Source: Hydrolagus affinis | Lineage: Eukaryota | Assembly: GCA_012026655.1 (NCBI GenBank) | Contig: JAAILG010000025.1 | Location: 1 to 64,000 of the forward strand | DNA length: 64,000 nucleotides | Reading direction: 5' to 3' | In this document: positions 25,701 to 39,047 of the stretch, piece by piece | Position numbering within the stretch: the stretch's first letter is position 1 | How the letters are laid out: every line of letters begins with the position of its first letter | The notes under the pieces: model-generated | Told to the model about the DNA's origin: nothing | Databases searched by the model: none | Seen by the model: only the letters and a program-made list of their open reading frames with translations | Translations under genes and position numbers: made by a program

Positions 25701-28700
25701 TGCTGTTGCGTATAAACCAATTATGACTGTATATATTGGATCTGAGCTCTGTTTGCCGACCCTTCCCCTATTTGCTCTGTTGGATATCCATAACTTACCA
25801 ATGGTCGAGAACTGTAATTAAGGCTGACAGATGGGGATATGCTGAGAGAAAAAAAACAGCTTGGAGATTGCAGCCTCAATGGCTCTTCCTTCAGTCAGTC
25901 GTCCCTCGGAGGAAACAAAAACTCATGAAGGAAAAGTAATATTTTTCATTTGATCCCCTTTAGGTTTTCATCAGTATGGCAACTGTTAACTGTACTTTTC
26001 CGTTCATCTTTTTCTCTGTTCATGACATTGTTTTACTGCTTTCCAATTGATAAAAGCTCTTTACACTGCAGCTTACCCCCCCCTGATTTATAACAGATGC
26101 TTTTGAAAGGTCGCAGATAGCAGATTTACTGCGTAAAGCCATTTTAAAAATCATTATCTTCCTAAACTGGTACCATCAACAATAAAAAAAAATGCATTTG
26201 ATTTCTGTTCGCTTTCTACTGAGTAGTTCAGTATATTAATAGTAAACTTGATGAGTGCCACTGGTGCAGAGGTTACTGTTATAGCTCAGCATTTCTTAAA
26301 CTTTTGTTTTGTAATTTGGTGGTTTGTTATTTAAATGGGAATAAAATGATATAACTCCTTCCTTGATAATTCTGCAATACTGCAAGATAACCGAAATACG
26401 AATTGTAATGGTGGAGAACAGTTAAAGGCATTACCGGGTGTGGCAGTAACTTGTACAGGTCCAAAAAAAAAGATTGCGTGTTTAATTTCCCCATCTGTGT
26501 GGATTCAGCTGGGCTCAGAAGTGAGGTAGCTGGGAGTGCTACATTTGGCAGAGTTCCCAATCTCAAGAATGTCTACTTAAGTGAGGTTCCAACACCAAAT
26601 CCAGCAAGAACTGATGCCTTCAGCAGGCCAGCAAAAAGACCAGAAATACATGGTGGTAACAACGGGGGGAAAAAACTCCACATAGAGGCAAAGAGCAATT
26701 GTAAAAATTTGTGTATAAACGGAAGAATGAATGTAGCCTTAAAACACATGGATTTTTGACACGGTAATTTCACTTATTGGCATTTATCAAGTAGAATGGA
26801 TTTTCTAGTGTGGAACAATTCTGCAATGAGAATGTGATTCTGGGAGTAGGGCTGTAAACAGATTGCTGGATGATGCTTTTATTGTACCAGAAGCAATTTA
26901 TTTCAAGTCCCTGCTTTGACAGGAAACTAGACAAGACGATTTGACAACACCTTGGCATTGTTGTTCATGCTATTTGTTTAAGAACCAAATAGCTTTATAC
27001 ATTATTTGAAATGTAGTCACTTTGAGAGAGACTTATGGTTCGTTTAAAATGCTGGGGGTAGGGGAGGATGTACATAATTTGATTCCGAACAATAATTGAT
27101 GTGAAACCTTTGTTTTTTTTCTGGACTCTGTTTCATTGGTTGTGTGAAGTCTTGCTTGGTAATTTATAATGTGTATCATAATGGTAAATAGTATTTATTG
27201 TTTCTGAGTTAATAGTCGGAAATCATTCGAGTACTTAAAAATACTTTGAGGTTACCCATCGAGGTATAATTCCAACTACACTATCAGCAAATGCCAACTG
27301 AGGGGAATCTGGGTGCTGTGTGTGTTTCTCTTGTCGCAGGAAAGGAAAAGGAGAACTTTTACTCTGTATTTTGATTGATTTACTTTATTTATCGCATTGC
27401 TCTTTGGTTCAGACTGTCTTTCACTGAGCAAAAGTGAATGCTGCATAAAAAAGCTACATGTGGTCCACGCTTAACATTTTAAGTAAAATGTGTAGTCTGT
27501 TGAAAAATGGAACATTATTATACATGGCCTTGAAGTGAATCTTGTTGGTGGGTAGAATGTTGCAAAATCCTCCTGGGGATTCATACCATATTTATTGGTC
27601 AGCCGAGACATGGAAACCCATCACTGTGCACACGAGTTTCCAAATCAGACTGCAAGTGCCACATATCTATGCCAATAACGCATGGAAATTTCTTCTCTGA
27701 TTGCAATCAACAATTTTTTTTTAACCTCGCAATGGTGAATTAAAAGCCTGTTTTGTTTGGAGGCTCTACAGGACATTAATCATAGGTCGATTTAATTTAT
27801 TTGGAATATTATATCACTGCTGAATGGAGTCTGTTGTTCACGTTTGGTTACACTGGTCATTTTGAAAACACCAATTAAATTTGTTGCCTCTCATCAAGAT
27901 TTCATGCCAATTTACCAAAGATGATGCTTGACTGATTTACACCTGGTACTTTTTATAGGATTCTTAATGGCCTTCAAGACCTTTCTATACTATACAATAG
28001 AACACCAGTGTCATTGTGGCTTTTGAGATCCTAAAGCTTTTTTTTCCCAATGTACAATAGTTGACATTTCATGCACAGTAAACAACTGAACAAAGAATAG
28101 AAATGCAACAATGGAACCAAAGGTCATCGCATGATAAATTCATATCCATAAGATCCATTCTTTATCTTTACAGGATGTTATGTGGCTCATCACTATAGAG
28201 CAGTTCAGTGCCTTAGAGCTGCAAGTGCAAACAATATGAAACCTATTTGTTTGTAATATTATTAATATAAAAATGTATTTACCATAATTTAGGGATCACC
28301 ATAATTTAGCAGTGTACACTTTGATTCCAACATTTAGAGGTTATATAATGTCGCATAAATCTGTAATTTACACATTAATTTTACATTAGGGCTCATTTTA
28401 ATGTGTGACACCTAATAGGTTTGTGAAGATTGAGTACCTACAGAGCGAAGGCCATAATTAGTTCAGGCGTTTGTGCATGTTGTACAGTATGCAAAATGCA
28501 TACATGCATTCTTATAAAAATGTTTTAAGTCATAATGCATCCCTATTGAATTATATTGTATTTCTAGTTAGTGCTGAAATGGCTGTTTTTCAACGAATTC
28601 GTATTGAGATGTAGTTTTCTGGGAATGAAAGATGTAGATTAATGAGTGTGAAATGTCATCATAATAAAATAAATTAGCAGAATTAACTAGGCATGAAATG

Positions 28701-29079
28701 AAATGGAAGTTGTAGCTGGACTGTGCAGACGTCTGAATATTGAGGACTTCTGTCCTTGTTGAAGGGGTATTGCCTGCCAGTCAGGCTTCCTTGGTTGTTT
28801 AAATACAATTTTTAAAAAATGTTTTTTATATAACATTATGCCTATCATAGACAGAAAAATGTCAGTATTGCCTTCAGGGCTAGATAACCAATTCCAACAA
28901 ATTAGAATTGATAACTGGCTCCAGGAAAGGGAGATACCATGTTTTGGCTTTTGTATTTTAACAACAACAACTTGTGCCTCGTGCCTCTCAAGCTGGATGG
29001 TATTTTCTTGTGCGGATATGCATATGAACAAAGTGGTCATTTTTCTTTTATTAATGGTGGAGTGTTCCACAGGATCAGG

Positions 29080-29131
29080 GAATGTCCTCCGGATGTGAAA
29101 GCCGCTGTACAAATGCAAAGTTGCTGCTGTT
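29080..29131 (+). mobile_element. Degenerate L2 tail
   Basis: atgtcctccggatgtgaaagccgctgtacaaatgcaaagttgctgctgtt. Confidence 0.65.
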
Positions 29132-30749
29132 CCAAATTTCATGGTTGGCACCCGTATTCACAGCCCATCCAATAGAGGAATTTCATCCCGAAGCTTGTGA
29201 GAGAGTCATCAGTTCTTGAACGGATTGTAAGATAGAGCATTTCACTCGGGAGGAGGGCAAAGGATTTGGAACAAGTTGCAGAACTGGATCAAACTATCAA
29301 GAGAAAGAGGCCAAAGCATTTGGCAGGAGGGATCCAATTGCACATCTGTTGGCAGACGTGGGATGGCATTAGTTACAGCTGTGGTAGAAGTTCATAATCC
29401 AGACCCTCCGTTCTTAATGAACATCAGGTGGAAGGGAGCAGGTGTGGAGGTAAATTGAAGTGTAAAAGAGGCCCAGGAAGAGAATAAATTAGCAGAATTG
29501 GTGTTTCAATTTGTAACTTGTATTAACAGAGATTCAGATGTTGGCGATAATCTGTAAAATCCGGATGAATCCATACTGTAGTTAGACGGCAGAGGATTGA
29601 TTTGTTTTAAGTAGTTTAACTGTATCAGGGAATGGTGCTTTGCAATTGAATACCAGATGTTTTATTTTTCTAAAGCTTGATATGCATTGAATTTACAATC
29701 TCCGTATACAGCGTGGCTTTGGCTTCATTCACTCAGCTTCTCCAACAGGGCAGGGGGTTTGCTACGGAGGCAGCAAAGTTTTCGATCTTATTAAATCTAC
29801 TGTATCTTCTTATCATGTGGTGAAATGCAAACCATGGGTAGGTTATAAATCATAGGTGCCAAAGACCTATTCAATCTCAAATGTAACAAAATAAGAGGTG
29901 GTAACAGATCTCAGCTGTCAGGAACTCAGCCAAGCACTTAGGTAACAATGTGATAAATGACAGGAGTGAAGCTGGAGTGGTTTATAGAATGTCAACAAAT
30001 TTACAGGATTGAATCACCATTTTAAATACATCACTGGATATTGGTTCTTAATTATGTAGTTTAGTATTTGCTTATTAAGAACACTCTTAAGGTTTTACTT
30101 TCTTACTCTACTGTTACACTGGGCATGTTTGAGTGACATGTAAAAGCATCTGAGGTAATCAAGCAGAGGTCAAATTTAAATCCATTAAACATGTTTCTGA
30201 TAGCTCATGACCTTCGCTGGGGGAACCATAATAATCTGACCCCCGCGCACACAAGATAGACATTCACTTGGGCAGTAAAAGGTGGCAAATTAAAATATTT
30301 AGAGCAGTTGCCTTTTTATCACGAGGACTTTATTTTTAACGTTGGAAATGAAGACATATTTCACCAAGTTTAATCTTATGGAATTTTCGTGTGATCTTGT
30401 AGCCTGCGAAAGGGGAGATTATATGGGCTAAAGGACTGTGAGCAGATGAATCTCTCTGTGATTCTGTAAACTAATTGATTGCTGACACTCAAAGCCAGTG
30501 CAGTCTCAGTCATCAGACACGATTGCTCCAAACGCATTTGCTGGCTGGGCTGTTCACTGTGTCAACACCATGTTTTAGCTCTCACCTTGCTGATCACAGT
30601 GGCAACATAGCATTGCCACAATGAACAGAAGGTAATACATAAACGTTTTTAATAAAACATGAAACATTTCTCCCGTTTTCATGAAATGTGACAGTTCTCT
30701 TTACCTTATTGTTCACGGTATTTGTTTCAGCACTGTTCCTTTTGTTGGC

Positions 30750-30866
30750 ATAATAATAATAATAATAATAATCCTTGCATTTGATATAGTGCTTTTCATA
30801 TCTTATCGACGTCTCAAAGCGCTTCATGGAATATACCGTAAAAAGTGAATTGACTGTATGTTTGTG
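30750..30866 (-). mobile_element. Family A SINE 3' fragment
   Basis: (taa)n-tccttgcatttgatatagtgcttttcatatcttatcgacgtctcaaagcgcttc. Confidence 0.92.
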
Positions 30867-31359
30867 ATTTCTGAGAGCATTTTCAGGAGTTGTTTTTTAT
30901 TTTTAAAAAAGTCACTTGCTGTGCAATGTATTTTTAAGAATCGGTGCATCATTTGCAGAACTCAAGAAGGAGAAAGGTTCATAATCTTAAATTGCGGTGA
31001 CATTGTGGACCATGGGGGTAAAATGTGAACGATAGGATGACTGTAAAGAACACTGATCCAATAACCTGGTATTGATTTTTCCGAAGCCGCAGATGAAAAC
31101 AGTCGCAGGTGACCATTGCTAAACGGTTTCTGCTGTGAGGTCTTTATACTTCGGAGTCAGTCGAGCGAATTATTTGATTCTGTGATAAACATTCTTTTAT
31201 TGTTACTCAGTTTTCCAATCCCCACCGTTATTTGATATCTATTTTGTTTGCCCACAAAACGCTCACAATCACTGCACTTTACAGTATAAACTGGGAGGAG
31301 TTTGGGACATCCTACTCCTAACATGAAAAGTGCTACACCCAAAGTAAAGATTAAAGACC

Positions 31360-31508
31360 ATTTTTTTCGACCGTGCTTTTGGTCACCTTCTCCCCCTCAC
31401 CTCCACCACCCCCACCTCCCCCCGGCTCGTCCCTGGGATCCATTATTGGGAAGCGTTCTGAGACGCCGCCCGGCCTGGAAGGCGGTATATAAATCCAAGT
31501 TGTTGTTA
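31360..31508 (+). mobile_element. L2 3'UTR and tail (second tail type)
   Basis: ttcgaccgtgcttttggtcacc, C-rich tract, gaagcgttctgagacgcc..gcggtatataaatccaagttgttgtt. Matches the copies at 7576 and 59730. Confidence 0.88.
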
Positions 31509-31639
31509 TAAAGGTTTACTTTATTATTATCATCATTTATTTCCATGTCTAACGTAAGGTACTTTGTAAGCTGTTGTCGTGCATACTGAAGTATCCAGTC
31601 ATTGTTTGATTTATAACACCTTAACTAACTGAGTTGTTG

Positions 31640-32045
31640 TCGAGATTTACCAATGGGAGGGTGGACTCGGCAATGGGTGTCGCAGGGCATGGTATACAGA
31701 CAGGTGGTTGCATGTTAGCGTGCCTCAACTCAGGCAGTCATGGAAAATGCTACAGTTAGACTCAGCGCCTCAGGTTTAGGAAGGAACAAAAAATGATTTG
31801 TTATTCCCCGTTCCTGATCTCTATCAAGAGACCCCTGCTGGATGAGGGGCAATATGGAAGTAGGTTGATGACAGGACTTAACTCAGCCATGATGCTCCTG
31901 CCGTCAGAAAGCCTGCGAATACTTTATTGTCAAAGGTTGCGTGTGAAGAGTGGATGCTCGGTGAGCATTTGACTGGCTCTCGGCGCCTGTGGAACTGTGC
32001 TCTTGTTGGAAGGAAAGTCTTTGTGCCTTTTGGGGTTTGGAGAAG
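31640..32045 (+). mobile_element. Family C ancient SINE-like repeat (most complete copy)
   Basis: gctacagttagactcagcgcctcaggtttaggaagg..cctgatctctatcaagagacccctgctgga..gacagga..ctcagccatgatgc..gtgccttt. These motifs recur in order at 25235 (+) and 33725 (-). Confidence 0.6.
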
Positions 32046-33113
32046 ATTTTTACATATCAAAACCGTTGTTGCTACTTTTCGAGAGTACAGTACTGTACAG
32101 TGAACCATTTTGGAAGCATCCCAATCAATACCACCCCTCAGAACAAAATCCAAATCGACCGACACTTTTGAGAGATTTATTTGTCTCAAAGGATGGTGAC
32201 ATCCTTCGCTCAGTTCATTCAGTCAGTCAGGCACAAGGGATTTTTCAGCTCTACTTCAGTTTTCTTCATCTAGTAGATCTCCCTAATATTCCTGACTTTA
32301 AAAAAAAGGCTAAAGTACTTCATTGGTGTCCGGTGTAAATGTTGCTCACATTTGCTAGACACCAATGTACCCATACGCACGCACACACATTCAACCAACC
32401 ACATACACGTTTGACCATTGCTTAAATCTATTTGCACAGAATGGCTGTCAATTATGCAGTTGACTTTACTTTTGTCATGCTAATTGTACCATCTCTCAGT
32501 GACTGCACAGGCTAAGATTAGAGGCGAAAAGGCACGTCCCACTGACCAGCTGCTGTGCCAATGTTTTTTTTATTTGCTTCCCTAGTTCTTCCTTGTCCAC
32601 ACTTTTTTTGGCTGGTAATGTCCCGATAATGCCATCCCCAAGGGGCCGAGGCAGTAAACTGAATGGTACGATATCAAGAACTGTCTGCGTGCAGCTGCTC
32701 TGATGCGTAATGTGAGGGCAGGTGGCATACCTCAGGGAATGTTTTTGTCTCGACTGCTAATTCCTGCTGTTTCTGTCTCTGAAGGAGCGAGGGGGAGTTG
32801 AGAGGAGGGAAGAGACAATAATTCATGTTGCAATTGCTTTTCGAGAAATCCATTCCCCCCCCCACCCCCCCGTAAAACTCTTATCACTGATATTTCATGC
32901 CCTCTCTCCTGGCTTTGTTTGATCATTTGTGTCTTGGGACACTTACAGAGTTGTACGTTTGTGCTGTTGCAAATTGCTCTTCATTGCTCATCATAAAAAT
33001 ATTTAATAAAGGATTTCTTCAATTTTGCGCCTCATTCCTTTGCCCCCCAACGTCCTTCCGTGAAGTCGGCAGATTACTTTGGGGGATGCCAATCTCCCCA
33101 AGTAACCATTCCT

Positions 33114-33221
33114 TAATAATACGAATAAGAAGCATCCTTGCTTTTGATACAGCGCCTTATCATGTTCTCGGAATGTCGCAAATCACTTTGCAGATTATAC
33201 TGGAAAGTGAATTGACTGTAC
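33114..33221 (-). mobile_element. Old family A SINE 3' fragment
   Basis: atccttgcttttgatacagcgccttatcatg..aaagtgaattgactgta. Confidence 0.82.
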
Positions 33222-33334
33222 ATTCCTTATGTATTAACCCGGAAGCTCTCAGACCCTGAAAGGCATTGTAGCCAAACTCGACCCGGCTCTGTGCACACTA
33301 AATGTCCACACGTTCAGTTTCTATCCATTGAGGA

Positions 33335-33646
33335 GGAGTACTGTAGCTCAGTGGTTGGAACACATGTCTTGCAAGCGTGAGACCTGTGTTCGAATCCAGG
33401 TCAGGGCAAAACCTTGGGCAAGTTTCCTTACTCCACACGCCTAATAATAATTGCTCAAAAAAAAGACACAATAATAAATTGGTCATTTCAATGCACGACT
33501 GTTTGTGGGACACTGCTGTGCGCAATTAGCTGCCCCCAACAAATATGCAGCCAATTCAGTTTACAGTATATTCTGAGAAGCACTTTCAGACGTCTAGAAG
33601 ACGTGAAAAGCGCTACATCAAATGCAAGGATTATTAGTATTATTAT
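33335..33646 (+). mobile_element. Family A tRNA-SINE, full length
   Basis: A box tagctcagtgg, B box gttcgaatcc, body, and tail caaatgcaaggattatt. Confidence 0.95.
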
Positions 33647-33724
33647 CTATGGTAGTTTGTTGGTGATTAGAACTGTAGCTTTTTTCCCCCTTTTCCTTCC
33701 TTCTCAACTCAATGTTATCAGGCT

Positions 33725-33960
33725 AGTCGATTACACCTGAGAATGACTCTGTTCTTGCCCAATGTCCACACGAACACACTGTCCCGCGCCGGTTGCCAGA
33801 TAGTAGTGTGGATTCTGATACCCGTGGTTGGTAGTTTTCCCTCTTTCTCACCCATGGCCAATATTGTTTCAGTTGCTGGGGTCAAGTCAGTGGCGCAGAT
33901 GAGGGCCTGTGGCTCTAGGGGTTTGTACAGTTCAATTCCATACCAAGTGATGTCAGTACA
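33725..33960 (-). mobile_element. Family C ancient SINE-like fragment
   Basis: The minus strand reads ..gagggaaaactaccaacc..ctatctggcaacc..gggacagtgtgttcgtgtggacattgggcaagaacag, similar to the middle of the 31640 copy. Confidence 0.45.
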
Positions 33961-34170
33961 AAGAATAAGAGAGTTATTTGAATTGAACTTCTGTTGTTTG
34001 CATGTTTTCACCCTTTAGGATGTAGACTTTGCTAAGTAATTGGATGTTTACACATGAATCAGACCTGTCGAACAGTTCTGAGTAGAGTTAGGCACTGAAG
34101 CATGGAGGTAAATACAGTGTGAGTTAATCTAATACAAACTGTGATGGTTGGTAGTTACACAGCAACTGAG

Positions 34171-34375
34171 AATAATAAAAATAATAAACTTTGCATTTGA
34201 TACAGCACTTTTCATGTCTTATCGACGTCTCAAAGCGCTTCACAGAATACACTGTAAAGTGAATTGACTGTATATATTTGTGCGAGAGTGAAAGCGGCAG
34301 CCAATTGCACACGGCAGTGTCCCCACAAACAGCCGTGGATTGAAAGACCAATTTTTATTATTGTGTTTTTTTTGG
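34171..34375 (-). mobile_element. Family A SINE, 5'-truncated
   Basis: ttgcatttgatacagcacttttcatgtcttatcgacgtctcaaagcgc..ccccacaaacagccgtggattgaaagaccaatttttatt. Confidence 0.93.
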
Positions 34376-36998
34376 AGCTTAGGTGGAGAGAAGGTTTTAT
34401 GGTAGAGAAATAAGTGTCCTGCCTCAGTACAGAGGTGCAGGACACTTGCAAAAGGGGATCGAAAAATTGATCTGTGGTTGACGGAGATTTTTACAGTTTT
34501 AATTTGTGAACTATGAGCTATCAGCTTGCCTCCCATCCTCTGATTTATGCAGCATTAATTGGTATCTTGTAAAGCCAGCCAATCATTATGCTAAACAGCG
34601 ATTTCTATTTGTAAGTCAGTCAACAGAAATCATTGAAGCTGAGAATTAGTCGACACATTTGAACTGAAACGTCCCTATGTATTCCCATTTTGGTTTCAAA
34701 GTATTTGTTTTAACTTATTTAATTTATTGCAACTTGGTTGATTGTTTGGTTTAATAAAATACAATATGCTGAGTTATAGAAAAAAATGATTCAGGGGTGA
34801 AATGAACACTGTCTTTGACAGTATTTAAGCTTCATATGCACCTCAATTTGTGAGTACTGTGGAAGTTTTTTTTTGCCACAGCTGGGCAACAAGACCAAGT
34901 GATTAATGAACCCTCGCTTTCCACCAAGCTGACAGATTCCTAATACAAAAGAGACAGTATAACTAATAGCTGGCTGCATTTATTAGAAGACATAACTATT
35001 TCCATTTATGCCATTGTTCAGCATTTTTTTTTGTCTTTGGTTTCAATGGAGTCTGACTTCCATAAGGTTCTTACCCATTCCTCATGTGGACACTTTTCTC
35101 GACCGTTTCCCATATATTTCATTTTGAAGCAAAATTCATTGATCTTATCCTGTTCATTAAACCTCAAAAGAATCCACCTTTCATGTTTCAGGTTACGTAT
35201 GCTGTAGCTTTGTGCGGATGCCTGTATTGTATAGATAACCTTTGTACCATTTACTGAGTTAAAATACCACATTATAATTTTACTATTTTAAAATAGCGAA
35301 GGTCTCTGGTTTTAGATGTAATACTGAAGGCTTACCAGGGGTATATATTGTTATTCAACACTTAATCTGCTGGCATGAATCCCAACTACTGAAATGTGTT
35401 GAATAAATTTTCTTTGTCTCACCAGCTGGGAGTTCTTGGCTTCTTCCAGGCGTTTGAACGTCACACTGTGGGAAATAGATGTTGTGCATTTTGGGTAGTG
35501 CACGTTGGGTCATGTACGTTGTATTCTGCTTATGTTTCTGCAGTAGCTGAAGGGCCTGATGCGTTGTTAAAGCACGTTTTCCATATCTCCCAGGACCGCA
35601 TGAGAAGAGGAGTATAAGTCTGGGCCAGCGTGTACAGAATCTGTGGCTTGTGACTTCACCCGACCTCTGTGAAAGGTGATGATGTCACCCCGCTTTAATA
35701 ATACAGTACTGTAATTTCTATACAGTTTGGTACAGCCACCCTTCGCGTCAGGAGGATGTCTGAAAATGCTCCACGTAATACACTGTGATGTGGATTGACT
35801 TAAGTATTATTAAATATTAAATATTAAACTGGAAGCATTCTTGACAAACATAAGCCGTGAAACATCTTTGGGGCCTGTCACTCAGGCATCGGGGAGAAAC
35901 AGCGTTATACAGACTTGCGCAGAGGGATATGCCACAGAAACAGACCACTCGGCCCAAATTGCCCTTGCTGGTGTTTATACTCCACATGAGTCCTCTATTC
36001 CCTGCTCCTATAACCACCTATTGCCTTTTCCCTCGTGTATGGTCCTGTTGATTCACCTGGAAATAGTTTATTCTGAGACCGTGTTGACACGTACTCATCA
36101 GCGGGCCCAGTGCACTCCTCACTGCTAATGCTGTTGCATCTAAATCATATTTGTACCCATTTAGGATTTAGATTGACATGAATGCGGCAGTGACAGCCAA
36201 TAACAACAAAGGGGATATCACTGGTGTGCTTTCAATCACTAATATAGTGTGGGAGCAGATGTGTGAGAGTTTTGCAACTGAAGGAAATGGTTTGATGAGA
36301 TCAGTGTTTGCTCTCGAAAACCATCAAGGAGGAGAAGGATTACCATGGCAACGGCTAGACGGTGAGGATTCTCACGTGCAATTTTCATGCCACTCAAAAG
36401 TTGATAAAAGGCACAAGTCTGAAAACCGCAGCGGTTTCTTTGCTCCGAGAGGATTCATGCCTGTTTGTGTGTGATTGTTTACGCGACACTCATCCAGCCC
36501 AAATGACCAGCGCAATGTTAAAAATTAAATGCTAACTTTGCTTGTGCAGTATTGCACTTACTGTTGGCAGGAGTGAAACTGATATGGTAATCCTACGGTG
36601 GATTTTCCATTTGTTCGACCTAATTGATCCCCTAGAGCAGTTACTGTGCATTCGAATTCAATATGTGCCTTTTATCAGTGCCACGCACTCTGCATACCTG
36701 TCTGCCAGTGTGAAATGAATCTATCTCTGTGGGTCGAAAGATGACACCTTGGGAAGGTACGTCTGTGTGGTCTTCATAATTCTGTCTCAAACTCTGGACT
36801 GCCGTGCTCCTCTGGAGCGTGTTATGCTGCAAATGCGACAAATGCAAATGCGTACGCACCAAAGGTATTGCCGTGGCCAGGCACTCAAGTCTCTGCACGT
36901 GTTGTGGTATGCTTGTGTATCAGGAAAACGTGCGAGCTCATTATAATCTGGCTGACACATGTTGGGTTAGTTAAGGAAAGCAATCCAGTGTTAGGTGT

Positions 36999-37282
36999 CA
37001 GGTGTCAGCCTGGCTCAGTCAGTAGGAACTCTCGCCTCTGAGGTAGAAAGCTCACATCGGGACTTTGAATTCAGTCTCGGCAGACACTCCAATACAATCC
37101 TGGGGGAGACCCCAAATAAAATTGGTCACTCTTTTTATGGTTGTTTCCCAGACGTTGCAGAGTTGCAGTGTACAAATTGGCTGCTGCCTTGGCTTACACA
37201 TACAATCCCAACAGTTCACAGTAAAATCCTCTGAAACCCTTTGGGTTGTCTTGATGAAGTCAAATAGGAATCATTATTATTA
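36999..37282 (+). mobile_element. DeuSINE-headed SINE lacking most of the central Deu domain
   Basis: Head ggtgtcagcctggctcagtcagtaggaactctcgcctctgag..gcagacactccaatacaatcctggggga runs directly into aaataaaattggtca..caaattggctgctg..(att)n. Confidence 0.7.
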
Positions 37283-37354
37283 GCCCTTTACAAACCAATT
37301 CTGAAATATATGTACGTGTGTGCTGGCATCTATACCGTTCTATAGTTATAGTCC

Positions 37355-37510
37355 CTCATCATGTCTTTGAGGTGGCTCAAAGCGTGTCACAGGGTTTTAC
37401 TGTGAAGCGCAGTGACCTACGTAACACACTGTACAGGTTCTGCCTCCTGCTTGCTCTGTAGCCTTCATTCACAACAACAACAAAATTACACTTGTATAGC
37501 ACCTTTCAGG
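37355..37510 (-). mobile_element. Short SINE-tail fragment (about 37355-37415) and L2 tail (about 37470-37510)
   Basis: ctcaaagcgtgtcacagggttttactgtgaag; acaacaacaacaaaattacacttgtatagcacctttca. Confidence 0.65.
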
Positions 37511-38228
37511 CAACGAACACTGACTGATGTTGGGATCCAATTAGTTGACAGGTATTTGATTAGGTTCAGATATGAATGGAATCAAAGTGAATTTAGCTCA
37601 GGTAAGGATATGTACAGCTTTTCTCCCTGACTATGAAATCTTGTCATACGTGGTGTGTTTTTTAAAAAAAAAACATTCTGAATGAGCTGCTAATTCAGAA
37701 CTAACAACTTCCTCGATCAATCTCAGCAAATCATGTCTATAAGTCATCAATAACTAGAATGAGTCAATGCAATGCCCTTTAATCCACTGGAGTTAGTTGT
37801 GAGAAGTGTTTTGACTTGACACGGATATAAATCATAAACAATTCAGACCATGTGCCATGAACAGATTGCTGCTGTTACCATCATTGCAGCTGAACAATAT
37901 TATAATGCATTCTGTTTCCTGTCATGCTGTTTTGTATAAGTCATTGGTAAATGGTACTTTTTCTCATTTAGCTGAAGCATTTTCTGAGCTGCTGACACAT
38001 GTGTTATAAGATTGCTGTAGAAAAAAAATCCGACTGTGGAGCTTACATTTTATAAGTGATGGAACTGACCTAGAGATTTCAGTTTGATATATCTTAGTTC
38101 AATACCATTTTATTTATTGTACCACCATTAAAAGAGATAGCAGACATGTCACCACCACTAATATATCTGTAATCAGCCACTTTAAAGATATGCACTTCGG
38201 AAGTGTAGCATGCTCATAATTTTTACCA

Positions 38229-38500
38229 TGTGAGACTTGTGTTCGAATCTAGGCAGGATAGGGCGAAACCTTGGCCAAGATTCCTTACTCCACACATATG
38301 CCTAATAAAAACACACACAATAATAAAATAGGTTGTTTCAATCCACAACTGTTTATGGGACGCTGTTGTGCGCATTTGGCTGCCGCGTTTCGCCCACAAA
38401 TAGACAGTCAATTCACTTCACATTACATTCTGTGAAGGGCTTTGGGACTTCTTGAAGATGTGAAAAGCATTTATCAAATGCAAGGATTATTATTATTATT
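38229..38500 (+). mobile_element. Family A SINE, A box missing
   Basis: gagacttgtgttcgaatctaggcagg...caaatgcaaggattattattatt. Confidence 0.93.
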
Positions 38501-38669
38501 AATAATAGGTTTCTTCTCTACATTTGTGTGGCATACACCTTGCAAATACTGTAGTTCCAAAAAGTTTTGTAACAAGAATGCTTGTTTTCTCTGTGCCATA
38601 TCTCAGTCAGAGACTAACAAACTGATCAAACTGTAAAGTCGGAATATCAAAGTGAAAGTTTTTGACATA

Positions 38670-38727
38670 GTAATAATAATGATCCTTACATTTGATGTAG
38701 CGCCTTATCAAGTCTTCGAGACATCTC
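38670..38727 (-). mobile_element. Family A SINE tail fragment
   Basis: taataataatgatccttacatttgatgtagcgccttatcaagtcttcgagacatctc. Confidence 0.85.
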
Positions 38728-39047
38728 TAATGGGCATATTGATCCATTTACAAAGCTCTGTTCATTCTTTGCCTTTGCAGATTTTAGGATCGAAGTCCGT
38801 TTTAAAACATGACATTGCTATTTTGTGTTTGTTTGCTCTCTCATCCTCACGGCAATTTACTCTTTAATTGCTTTGCTTGAAGCTTCAACTCTGGGACACA
38901 TAGGCACATGAAGCTAATTTAGAACTTCAAGAGAGGCATACTGACCTTTTAACTTTCTCGTATGCTCAATCTCCCGTTCACTTGCATGAGGTTGCAATAT
39001 AGATTGAATATTGATGCAAATACATAACATGCTCGTGAGCAGTCCAC

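Noticed and set aside
26451-26759. 102-aa ORF
   Set aside because: It has a non-ATG start, no recognisable homology and no convincing splice sites.
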